Below are positions 25,150-35,400 of a stretch of DNA of 64,000 bases, one piece after another. The position numbers and the translations under genes are program-made. The stretch is from contig MU626345.1 in assembly GCA_025603075.1 (NCBI GenBank), positions 1 through 64,000 of the forward strand, in the 5' to 3' direction. The DNA comes from Neoconidiobolus thromboides FSU 785 (Eukaryota; Fungi; Entomophthoromycota). Positions within the stretch are counted from its first letter, which is position 1; the number at the start of each line of letters is the position of its first letter. The notes beneath the pieces are model-generated. The model saw only the letters and a program-made list of their open reading frames with translations. It was not told the origin of the DNA and made no database searches.

Positions 25150-25827
25150 AGATAGTAATTTAAATATTGATCTTGGTTTTTTTGCTGAACATCATAGAAA
25201 AAGTATAGCTGATGGACATTTTGGAAACCTTTCAAAATGGAAAAGTAGCTTTGAAGCACTAGGTAAAATAGAATATATCGATCAATTAATTTTAAGATCT
25301 GAGGCTTTTATTTGTGAACATAATAAAATTAATACTTCAACTATTAATAATAAGAAAACGGATATAATTTTTAAAAAGCGTGAAAGAAACAAAAACACAA
25401 AAAAATAATAGAAATATAAGGCATTAAGAAGTATTTACACTTTATTAAACGTAATGACAAACTACATTGCTATCCAGTATCTAATAGATAAAAAAAGCAA
25501 TATAGTTCTAATTAAAGTTATAGAATCTATAGGAAACAGAAAAATCAAAAGACCAACCTCAGCTTATCTTACGAAAATAACAGAGAATTTAAAAATTTCA
25601 ATATTTACTAAGCAAGTAAGTAGTTTGCTAAATGATAGAAATAGATTATTAAATATTATATTGCTTAAGTTATTAACAGCTAAGTCAATAAATAGCCAAA
25701 GAACAAGTAATTATTGTAATGTGTAAAAATTATTATTATATCATTTGTATCATATATGGATGGTTAATTATAGTTTTAAGGCTAACTATTCCGTCCCATG
25801 CAGCTCTTTATTAACTTAGTAATATAT

Positions 25828-25925
25828 GGGGATGTGTTTTCTAGTTTCATTACTTTTCCATTTTTCAAACGTTATTTAAGTGGAAAAACTGCTAGTAAAA
25901 TTCTTAAACGAAAAAATACATCCTC
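25828..25925 (-). mobile_element. MITE copy 8
   Basis: Consensus match; ATAT/ATAT flanks. Confidence 0.87.
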
Positions 25926-26397
25926 ATATTAATAATGTAACTATAACATTAAAAGGGTTTATTTGTTTGATAGTAAATATCCAATGTTGGTTGTAAAGCA
26001 GTCGATAATAAATACTCCTCAATAAAGTTTTATAAGAATATGTATTTATTTACATACTACAACTTTGATTAATATTAATATATATATTATATTAGTAAAA
26101 GCCTTGTTAATCTGTGAATTTTTATTAGATCTAGTAAAAACTCAGCTAACTTACAATATAAACTATAATTTAATAACTTAAAACTGTGCCAGATACTTTT
26201 ACTTTTTAATAAAAAAGTTTGTCTATAGAATTTTAAGCAAAGTTTTAAAATACAAAATATTTAAAAATTGGATAAAAAAACGAAACTAATTTAGATATCC
26301 CTTATGTTTTATTTACCTTATATATTTATCACCTAATCAGATAATTTGAACAATAATTTTTTATACTAAAAAAATTAGATTTACTTAAAAAATATAT

Positions 26398-26440
26398 GGG
26401 ATATCTTTCTGGCTTCATTACTTTTTCCACTTTTTAAGCA
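26398..26440 (-). mobile_element. MITE copy 9 (truncated half)
   Basis: ATAT-GGGATATCTTTCTGGCTTCATTACTTTTTCCACTTTTTAAGCA, after which similarity ends. Confidence 0.75.
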
Positions 26441-26788
26441 AAAAGAATGCCAATGTAAAAAACTCTGATAAAGCAACATCAATAATTTTTGTATTAAATT
26501 TACAGCAACAGTTCTATTGCAATCTAACAATTGTTTATTTAAGAATAAAATTATATTAAAATCAGCTAAAATCTATAGCTTAGGCATTAAAAATACAAAA
26601 CAAACAAACGGGTGATTAAAAACTACTGTAAATTGAGTCGAAGTAGGGCTGCTATAACTATATAAAAATACATCAATTTGTCTTTATATATGCGCTTTAG
26701 TATAAATGTAATATTTCTAGATTGTTTATTAAAATTAGATATAAAATAAAATAAATTTTATAAAGATAATCATAAAAAAGCTGTTTAT

Positions 26789-28501
26789 TTATTCAGTTTT
26801 AGTTTTAGTAAATACTTGCTTATACAGTTTATACACAACTTTTGATAAAAAATATAAAGAATATAAAAATAACAAAAGCCCTGACATCAGTGATAAAATA
26901 GCAGCACCATAGATATCAATACCTTTAGCTTGTATAAAGGACATTTGATTTGATATTGGAATAAGATGTTTGACTTCACAAGGTGGTAAATCGGAATTAG
27001 GATTATAAGGTTCATATTTTCTACATGATTTAGCAGTGTAAGCATGTTGTTCAAATAAGTTAACTGCATAGTCGAGCCTTCTTGAATTGTGATGAGAGAT
27101 GGTCTTCATCCTTGACAGGTTCGATTTGAATTTATCATCTTTGTCCTCAATAATGGTCTTAAATTGTTCCTTTAAAGATTCAGGTGTAAAGTCATCTTTA
27201 TTAACAAATAGTCCAGTTCCAGCTTCTTCTAATTTATGTGCATTCCTTAGTTGATCCCCAAACAATGCCAAACACAATGTTGGAGTTCCTGAGTAAATAG
27301 CTTCAAAAGTGGATTCTAATCCACCATGAGATATGAATAATTTAGTATTTTTATGATTTAAAATTGAAACTTGTGGCGCCCAAGATAATAGTTTAATTTT
27401 ATCATTTTTTCCTTCAAATAAATCTTGTACTTTTAACTTTCTTCCTTTACCATCACTCACTTCTATTGGGAAATCATCTTGGTTAGTACGTCCCAATCCC
27501 CATACTACTCCATCAATCATACCTTTCTCAATAGCTAACAAAGATCCCTCTAAAATTCGCTTTGTCAACTTATCATTTAATACCGAATTCGAACCAAATG
27601 CAACAAATAAAACATTTTGATTGTTGTTTAAAAAGACATCTAATTCAGGTGTTAAACTGTCTTTGTTTTCTGATACAATTGGCCCGACATTAATTAAATT
27701 TGGAATCAAATTGGAAGCTGGCTCAAATCCAATAAAAGTATTTGCAATATTTATTCCATAATTTAATCCTGCATGTATTCTGGTATTAGATGGAATTCCA
27801 TACTTTACTCTTATCTTATTTTCCATATGATTAATTTGGGATAAATAGTATATGCTAATTATTGGTTTTATGATTTGAGAATAGAAGCGTTCAACAAAAG
27901 ACATATCTTTAGTATAAATTGGTCCATATTCAAATCCCATGGTAATAAATGGCTCCATAGTTAATCCTACACCATCAGTAGTTTGATATCCAGTAATCAA
28001 AGGAATCCCTAAATGTTTCGCTAAATCTATACAAGAATGTGCAAAGAAATCACAAACCAAAAGATCTGGTTTGGTTTCCATAATGTAATCTTTGAAATTC
28101 TGAAAGGTAAGGTCGTAGTTTCTAGCAAAGAGTGGTCCAAATGTCTTTTTCATTATTTTAGCAGAATCCTCTGTACTCTTTTCTAAAATACGCTTTTTCA
28201 TCATATTTCTCATTTTGTCTTCATCAAGGAGTCCGCCACCCAAAGAGTAATTCCCAATGTTATATTCTTTGGTAAATCTGATATTTTCTTCTAATGTTGC
28301 GTAAGTTACTTTGTGTCCTCTATGTGCTAGTTGGTTTCCTATTTCTAATATAGATTTAATATGACTTCTTCCTCCAAATGCTGAATGTACTACAATATTC
28401 AATTTGGAACTTGTATTTAAATCAAATACTTGTCCTTTACCAGCGAGCCCATTTAGCCCATCTAATAATCCAGTACCAAATATAAGTGGCAATAATTTCA
28501 T
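26789..28501 (-). CDS. GT1-family UDP-glycosyltransferase (UGT), membrane-anchored type
   Basis: GGRSH N-terminal motif; WAPQ...FISHGG..S..EA..G.P....LFGDQ signature; C-terminal TM helix and KTKTE tail; intronless. Confidence 0.95.
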   Translation of the reverse strand: MKLLPLIFGTGLLDGLNGLAGKGQVFDLNTSSKLNIVVHSAFGGRSHIKSILEIGNQLAHRGHKVTYATLEENIRFTKEYNIGNYSLGGGLLDEDKMRNMMKKRILEKSTEDSAKIMKKTFGPLFARNYDLTFQNFKDYIMETKPDLLVCDFFAHSCIDLAKHLGIPLITGYQTTDGVGLTMEPFITMGFEYGPIYTKDMSFVERFYSQIIKPIISIYYLSQINHMENKIRVKYGIPSNTRIHAGLNYGINIANTFIGFEPASNLIPNLINVGPIVSENKDSLTPELDVFLNNNQNVLFVAFGSNSVLNDKLTKRILEGSLLAIEKGMIDGVVWGLGRTNQDDFPIEVSDGKGRKLKVQDLFEGKNDKIKLLSWAPQVSILNHKNTKLFISHGGLESTFEAIYSGTPTLCLALFGDQLRNAHKLEEAGTGLFVNKDDFTPESLKEQFKTIIEDKDDKFKSNLSRMKTISHHNSRRLDYAVNLFEQHAYTAKSCRKYEPYNPNSDLPPCEVKHLIPISNQMSFIQAKGIDIYGAAILSLMSGLLLFLYSLYFLSKVVYKLYKQVFTKTKTE

Positions 28502-29259
28502 TTTCCAATAAATATTTAATTAAATTGTTTAAATTTTACTTTTATCCTTCATTTTTATTTTTTAGCCATTTTATACAATTTCTTTGATTTGTAATACTCA
28601 ATTATCTAATCCGCTAAGCCTTGATATTGAATTTTGGGCTATGATCAGATAGCTGGCATTAAAATTAGTCAATCATTATTCAACCTTAACAATTGAATTA
28701 GTGAATGCAACAATGTAATTATGTTTCAATACTTTTTTGAAACTATCATTATTTCTATTTATGTATAATTTACCTTAGCTTTGATTAGCAATTCAATTTT
28801 TAAAAGAAAGGACTGTATTAATGGGATAACATGGTATTAAGTCTATAAATTATTGATAAAAAAGCATACTGTGTTTACATAAATGCAGAATCTTTGCCTT
28901 TATTGTCTAAAAAGTATGGAATTACTAGTTCAACAGATAAAGTATTATTTATGTTGAAATAAGATTTGAGTTGAGCTCCAAGATTTTAGTGAAAATACGT
29001 CGGGTTAAAACCCAATCTTAAAAATAGCTTAAACTCAAAAAATTTGTCTATTATTGAGTAAATCGAATTTTTATTATTTCTAAATTAAACTTTACTATCT
29101 ACTTTAACTATAATCTTGAACTTCTATTAACACAAATAAATTAGCTAACTCCATCAAATCCGTTTTGTTATATTTTTATGCCCTTGAAGTTTGATTAGTA
29201 AGCTTATAATCAAAGCTCCTTAATTCATGTTAATAAATAGACAGATAGTTTTAAAATAT

Positions 29260-29358
29260 GGGAATGTACTGTATTTGAGAATTTTACTAGCAATTTTTCC
29301 GCTTAAATAAATAGCGCTTAAAAAATGGAAAAAGTGATGAAATAAAGAAAACATCCCT
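29260..29358 (+). mobile_element. MITE copy 10
   Basis: Consensus match with an internal 4-bp duplication; left flank ATAT. Confidence 0.85.
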
Positions 29359-29429
29359 AATAGTGCAATCGATTTAGAATTTTTTTAATTTACTGTAAAA
29401 ACTTTTATCACTTAGTTATAAAGAATATT

Positions 29430-29528
29430 GGGGATGATTTTTTTGGTTTCATTACTTTTTTCATTTTTTAAGCACTGTTTATTTGAGCAGAAAAATTACT
29501 AGTAAAATTCTCAAAAAAAATACATCCC
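29430..29528 (-). mobile_element. MITE copy 11
   Basis: Inverted relative to copy 10 and about 70 bp away; carries the same internal 4-bp duplication. Confidence 0.85.
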
Positions 29529-29952
29529 AATTATTTTCTTTTTTTTGATATCCATACTTGATAACCATAATAAAAAATAACTGTCATCATATTTTATATA
29601 TATAGTCACACAGTTAAAATATGAAAAAAAATCCATAATAAACTAAGCTTAACTAAATTATTTCCTGACATTATACTTTTAATAAAGGTATTGTTTTTCT
29701 GATAGTGTTTATATAAATCTTATAATAATATCTTTTTATTTTACTTGTTTTATATAGTTTATGTTTATTATATACTATTTTTTATAGTTCAAGTTTATTT
29801 TAGTTATATAAAATATGACTTTTTGACTTATAACTATTGATTAAGCAAAAACTGCTTTTAACTTTAATTATTGAACACTAGCTTTTATAAAAGTGTTTAA
29901 AGTTTTTATGAGTATTTTTAAAGCAATATAACTTCAAAAAAATACAATTAAT

Positions 29953-30034
29953 GGGGGATCTATTTTTGTGTTTAAGAATTTTGCTATTTTCCGCTTAAAA
30001 TATGGAAATAGTGATGAAGTCAAAAAATATCCTT
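29953..30034 (+). mobile_element. MITE copy 12 (internal deletion)
   Basis: Both ends recognisable; the middle is shortened between the two GCT(C/T)AAA microhomologies. Confidence 0.75.
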
Positions 30035-30255
30035 TAGTAAATATAATTTAAAATAGTCTATTTTTTTATTAGCTTTGGTTTTTATATTTGTAATACCAAA
30101 ATATTAAAGTTAATAAAATAAGATAGTTTAAAATAAACTTTTTTGAGCTTTTAAATAATTTTAGTTTTAATATTTTAATATGTAAAGATTAAAATAAAAG
30201 TTGCTACTTTATAGCTTATCGTTTAAATATACATTTGACTAAAAAAATGTTATAT

Positions 30256-30353
30256 GGGGATGTATTTTTGTACCCAGGAATTTTGCTAACAAATTTTCCG
30301 CTTAAATAACGTTTAAAAAGTAGAAAAATAATGAAGTCAAAAAAAACACTCCC
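30256..30353 (+). mobile_element. MITE copy 13
   Basis: Consensus match; ATAT/ATAT flanks. Confidence 0.88.
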
Positions 30354-31669
30354 ATATAAATTATTTTTATTTGATTTAATGTTTAAAGAACAAAAAGTTA
30401 GTACAAAATAACTAGAAAAAAAGTAAAACAAATAAAGAAAAACTAGAAATAATTATATATTAGTATATAAAAATTAAATTAAGACATTGTTTACTAAAGC
30501 TTATCCATCATATTTAATTAAAAGTTTTATTATGACCAAATTAAACGAGTATACACAACTTTATAAAAGCAGATATTCATGTTTTAAAAGTTTAACAAAG
30601 CTTTAATTCAATAATATAATGTGACAAAAAAAGCTTTAAAGTATATATTAATGTTTTTTAAATTAAAAATTACTATAAAAGATTGAATGTTCTTTTTTAA
30701 TAATCAAAAAATCGAAGATAAATAAATTTGAACTTTTTTTACACTTTTGTTAAAATTAATAATATTACTTTTTTACAGTGTCATTAATATAAAGATTTAA
30801 GAAATAAATTATAGATTATTTTAAACTATATTTACAAGTTTTATAGTTATCTGCTCTTTTTGGCAAATTATGTTATTTTGAAAATGTCCAGATAAACTGT
30901 GGGCACTCTGTTTCAATATTTCATCACATTATTCATTTAGATCTTAAAGTGTAAATAAACAAATAAATAAATAAATTGTATATTAATTATGACGAACATT
31001 TTTTCATTAAGAAGATTATGCAATAGATAATGTAATGATAAAAACTTGATATTAAAAAACAAATTATACTTAATATTATATAATCTGATACCTTATTTTT
31101 AGAATATCATTATTCTATAAACTAATTCTAAAAATAAAAAATAAAATCCATTTTTAAAAGGTTCAGTTTCAAACACTCAAATTCCTTGCATAGTTTTAAA
31201 AATACTGGGGACAGAACAAGCAATAAATAATACTATTTTTACTTCATTAATAATTTACTTAATTTATTACTAAACGGGTATTCTTCTATTAGATAGAAAT
31301 TAAATATTAAGTCAACAGTCACGAATTTAATAACTTAACAATACAAGCTCAAATAAACTACATTTAAAACAAATGTCAATAATATAACAATATTGATTAT
31401 GAGATCACTTAATATTAAATAATGAAATAGTTTCGAATTCAAAGTTTTATTTGAAACCAAAAACCACTGAGCATTAAAAGTCACATTAACCACTAGTCTG
31501 GGTGTAAAAAAAGTTAAATTTTTTAAAAAAAAGCTCAAAATTTCCAAAAAAAATCAAAAAAAATCAATTCTTAACTAATCTAATATTATGTTCAGGGGTA
31601 AATAAGTGTTCTAAAAAATATATAAATAGTAAATTAAAGCCTTGAACTTTTTTAAGACACAATTTTAAA

Positions 31670-32269
31670 ATGAAATTTTTGTATTATTTTACCTTCTCTT
31701 TATCTTTGAACTTTATAACACCTGCTTCACTTTCATTATCAAAAAGGGAGGATTGTAAATTATCGAGTTTAACTCCAACAATCCAAGGGAACCCATACTA
31801 TTCAATTTTACCCTTAGATGCTTGTCCAGTGTGTCCAGAAACAAACAATTGTAATGAATGCAAAGTAAAAGTTAGTGATACATTTTCAGTAAGAAACACC
31901 CGCTTTTGGTCTAAGATATTACTTGGGTTTACCTTACCAAAAGATAGAAAAATTAAAAAATGTACTCTTAGCTTAATCCCGGTTGAAAATCAACAATTTC
32001 TTTCATCAAACACTTTAGTTGATGTTTATACTACTACTTCTTTTAATGCTGATGTGGTGACTTGGGATAATAGTCCAAAAGACAATGACTTGATTTCTAC
32101 TTTTGACACTAAAAATCCAAATCCAATAGATATTACTAAATATTGCCAGGGGGGTGATGTTTACTTTTCAATTGTTAAAAATGATACCATTGGACCTGAA
32201 AATATTTCTTTTTATTCCGCTACTTCTCAAAAACCACCAAAATTAGAAGTGGAGTATGAATCTCCTTAA
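31670..32269 (+). CDS. Secreted Cys-motif protein with DNRLRE/CBM96-like domain (paralogue 2)
   Basis: Signal peptide; CPVCP..CNEC; SKILLGFTLP..KCTLSL and VTWDNSP; homologous to 14217..14813. Confidence 0.72.
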   Translation: MKFLYYFTFSLSLNFITPASLSLSKREDCKLSSLTPTIQGNPYYSILPLDACPVCPETNNCNECKVKVSDTFSVRNTRFWSKILLGFTLPKDRKIKKCTLSLIPVENQQFLSSNTLVDVYTTTSFNADVVTWDNSPKDNDLISTFDTKNPNPIDITKYCQGGDVYFSIVKNDTIGPENISFYSATSQKPPKLEVEYESP

Positions 32270-32379
32270 CTTGTAAAGTTTAAAAAACTGTATATATTGT
32301 TTAAAAAAACTAAATAAACCTTTTTTTCTTATAAATTTTATGTCTTTCTAACAAATTATTTTATTTCAAATTTTGAATT

Positions 32380-34551
32380 TTAATGCAAAGTTGGCATATT
32401 TACGGTAGCTCTGGTAGAAGTGGCATCTTCTTCACGCCATAAAGAAGTTATAGTTTTAAGTTGGGTATAAAATTGGACACCAGAACGACCATAAAAGTTA
32501 ATATCTCCACGAATAGAGTCTCTAGATCCAGTGAAAGCGAACATCGGAAGTGGGACAGGCTAAATAAGACGTATTAAATAAATATGATAAATAAGTTAAA
32601 AGTTATATTACAATTGGAACATTAACACCCTATAAAAAAATAAAAGTTAGCACTCGTTTTGCAAACTAAATAATTAAAAACTTACAACTTGACCGATATC
32701 AATTTCTTTACAGAATTTCTTGGAAACAGAGCCTGAAGTGGTAAAGATAGCAGTACCATTACCATAACGATTAGCGTTGACGACACTGATGGCATCATCT
32801 AAAGTATCGACATCAAGACATACTAATACTGGAGCAAAGATTTCTTCTTGATAACATTTCATGTGTGGTTTGACATTAGTGATAATAGTGGGACCTAAAA
32901 AGTTTCCTTTTTCATAACCAGCAACCTAAAATTGTTAAGTAAATTGAACTAAATAAGAGTATAGCTTTGTTACAGTTGGGTTACGACCATCAAGGATGAC
33001 GTTAGCACCTTCATCAATAGCTGATTGAATAAGATCATGAGCACGTTTAAGGGCCTTTTAATAAATTAGTTAGTATGATTGCAAACTAAACTATCGATGA
33101 TAATTACATCTTTAGAGATCATTGGACCAATATCAGTATTGGCTTGGAAACCTTCATTAACACTTAATTTTTGAGCACGCTCAACAAGTTCAGGCAACCT
33201 AAAAAAGAAATTTAAAAAAACATCACCTGTCTTATCAAAAATAGTTACCATTCTTTAGATTCACCAACGAAGACAGCAGTTGAAAGAGCCATACATCTTT
33301 GACCAGCAGCACCGAAAGCAGCACCAGTCAAAGCATTAAGAGTATGGTTTTTATTAGCATCTGGCATAATTACACCATGGTTTTTAGCACCTAAATTAGC
33401 CTAAATAATAATAAATGCGAACCAAACTTAACTATCTACTATCTTACTTGGACTCTCTTTCCGTTTTTACTACCACGTTCATGAATATATTTACCAGCAT
33501 GATCGGAACCAACGAAGGAGATAGCTTTGATACTTGGTTCATCACAAATAAAGTTAACGGTATCTACTGAACCATGTACAACATTTAATACACCTTTAGG
33601 AATACCAGCTTGCTCAGCTAATTCAGCTAAAATCATCATTGCTCCTGGATCTTTTTCAGATGGTTTAATGATAATAGTATTACCGGTGGCAATAGCTACT
33701 GGGAACATCTGATAGGGTTTACAGTTATTATTTTATTCCTGAGTTTAATTATATTAATTACCCATAATGGAATCATAGCTGGAAAATTGAATGGACAGAT
33801 ACCACCAACAACACCTAACGGTTCACGTACGGTGTAGGTATCCATATCTTTAGCTACTTCAGTAATTTGTCCTAAAGTGTATTCTGGTAATCCACACATC
33901 GATTCAACGACCTCTAAATAAAATTTAAATAATTTTCAATAATAGTAAATAACTAAGCTTACGTAATCCACGTAGTACGTCACCTTTAGCATCTGGGAAA
34001 GTTTTTCCTTGTTCAGTAACAATGGAAGTAGCAATACGATCCTATTTAACTATATTAGTAAAAAGTAATAAATTCCCAATATGATATTACCATGTTGTTA
34101 CGAATAAGAGCTTGTAAGTCTAACATTTTACGTTGACGAGATAAAACAGAGGTATTTCTCCAAGTTTTAAAAGCTTCTTTAGCAGTTGAAGCGGCATAAG
34201 CCAATTCTTCTGGAGTAGATTCTGGAACCAAAGTTAAAAGTTCTTGGGTGGCCTAAGTAAATAAAAAGTAAATAAAACAAGCGCAATATAATTAATGTTA
34301 ATAATCTTACCGGATTACGAAGTTCAATCCATTTTTTAGTTTTGGATTCAACAAACTCGCCATTGATATAATTTTTAGTTACATATTTTGGTTGTTCATG
34401 ATTTAAGACGCTAACAGTGAAGTTGCGTACTTTGAAAGATAATGTTTTCTTTGAGGAAAGCCTAAAAAATATATAAACATCCTTTCTTTATCTATAACCA
34501 TATAGTAAATTACTGTGCTAACTTAAAACCTTTTAGTGTATTAATGAGCAT
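32380..34551 (-). CDS. ALDH6A1: Methylmalonate-semialdehyde dehydrogenase (CoA-acylating), about 11 introns
   Basis: Spliced motifs [53 protein letters not shown] and GVNVPIPVP. Confidence 0.95.
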
Positions 34552-34879
34552 CTTAAAAAATTACTTTTATTATATAACTCGAATTTCGAAATTTATACTA
34601 TCTTTTTAGCCACCTCGGCATAGCCAATCACTATCGACTATGATTCTCACCTTTCGTCAAGTAAGCTTTTAGATATTATTCTTATCCCTTTTGTCGAGAT
34701 TACTAAATTTACTACTCAACTTACTTTTAATTTTAGTCTTTATCAGCTGATTCGGTGAAAGATTAAAGCTGTGTAAAGGTAGCCAATAAATGGGCAAATA
34801 ATATTTGAAACTTGACCTATCACTAGGTTTAGTTTGCTAAAAAAATACAATGTTTATTCATTTTATCTATTGATATTTA

Positions 34880-35150
34880 TTAGGGTTCGTGTATGTTTAG
34901 GCGATTTTTAATTAAGGAATTAAGTAGAAACTTATCTGGTTTCTAATATATCTATTTTAAAATACCTAAAAAGGGGCTAGTAGCTGACCTGCTGTAATAA
35001 GCAATCTCCCGATTTTAAAGGTAAACCATATTAAATATTTTCATAAAGTTTGTTTTCCAAAGTGATCCTGACCACTTTTCAATAATTATATCAGGGTTGC
35101 TAGTTACGAATGTGGATTTCTGAATAAATGCTTTATCCACCATGCAGCTT
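34880..35150. other. GC-enriched intergenic segment with several small stem-loops (candidate structured RNA or regulatory element)
   Basis: Stems TAGAAAC/GTTTCTA, AAAGTG/CACTTT, ATCCTGA/TCAGGGT and GTGGAT/ATCCAC; no known RNA family recognised. Confidence 0.15.
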
Positions 35151-35400
35151 TTAGTTAAAATCTTTTCTCTAATTTTTTAAATAAAAATAAACTTAATTTA
35201 TAACTTTAGTTTACAACTTTGGTTACTTATATTACTACTCGTATAACTATAAATAATAGATTAAGTTAAATTAAATGCTAAACTTGACAACTTATTAAAT
35301 AAAGGACATTTTTTTCAGATTTCAGTTTTAATATCTATAAAGAAACTGACTAAGTAAGTGTATTACAATTATAAATTAATCATTGTCACATTGTAAACTT

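Larger units (their letters stand above)
24560..25620 (+). pseudogene. Decayed DDD-type DNA transposase (Sola-like by motif), hit by two MITEs
   Basis: Ordered motifs LLLD, FDYLSEVSNHDS, IWVDARNHFKSQE, FFAEHHRKSIADGHFGNLSKW and GIKKYLHF; contains frameshifts and stops. Confidence 0.6.

Noticed and set aside
1-28501. ABC transporter + UGT + protease as a biosynthetic or detoxification cluster
   Set aside because: The genes are tens of kb apart, separated by housekeeping genes, and no core synthase is present.
25828-29358. UGT carried as cargo of a MITE-bounded composite transposon
   Set aside because: The flanking copies are diverged and individually inserted with their own flanks; there is no evidence of joint movement.
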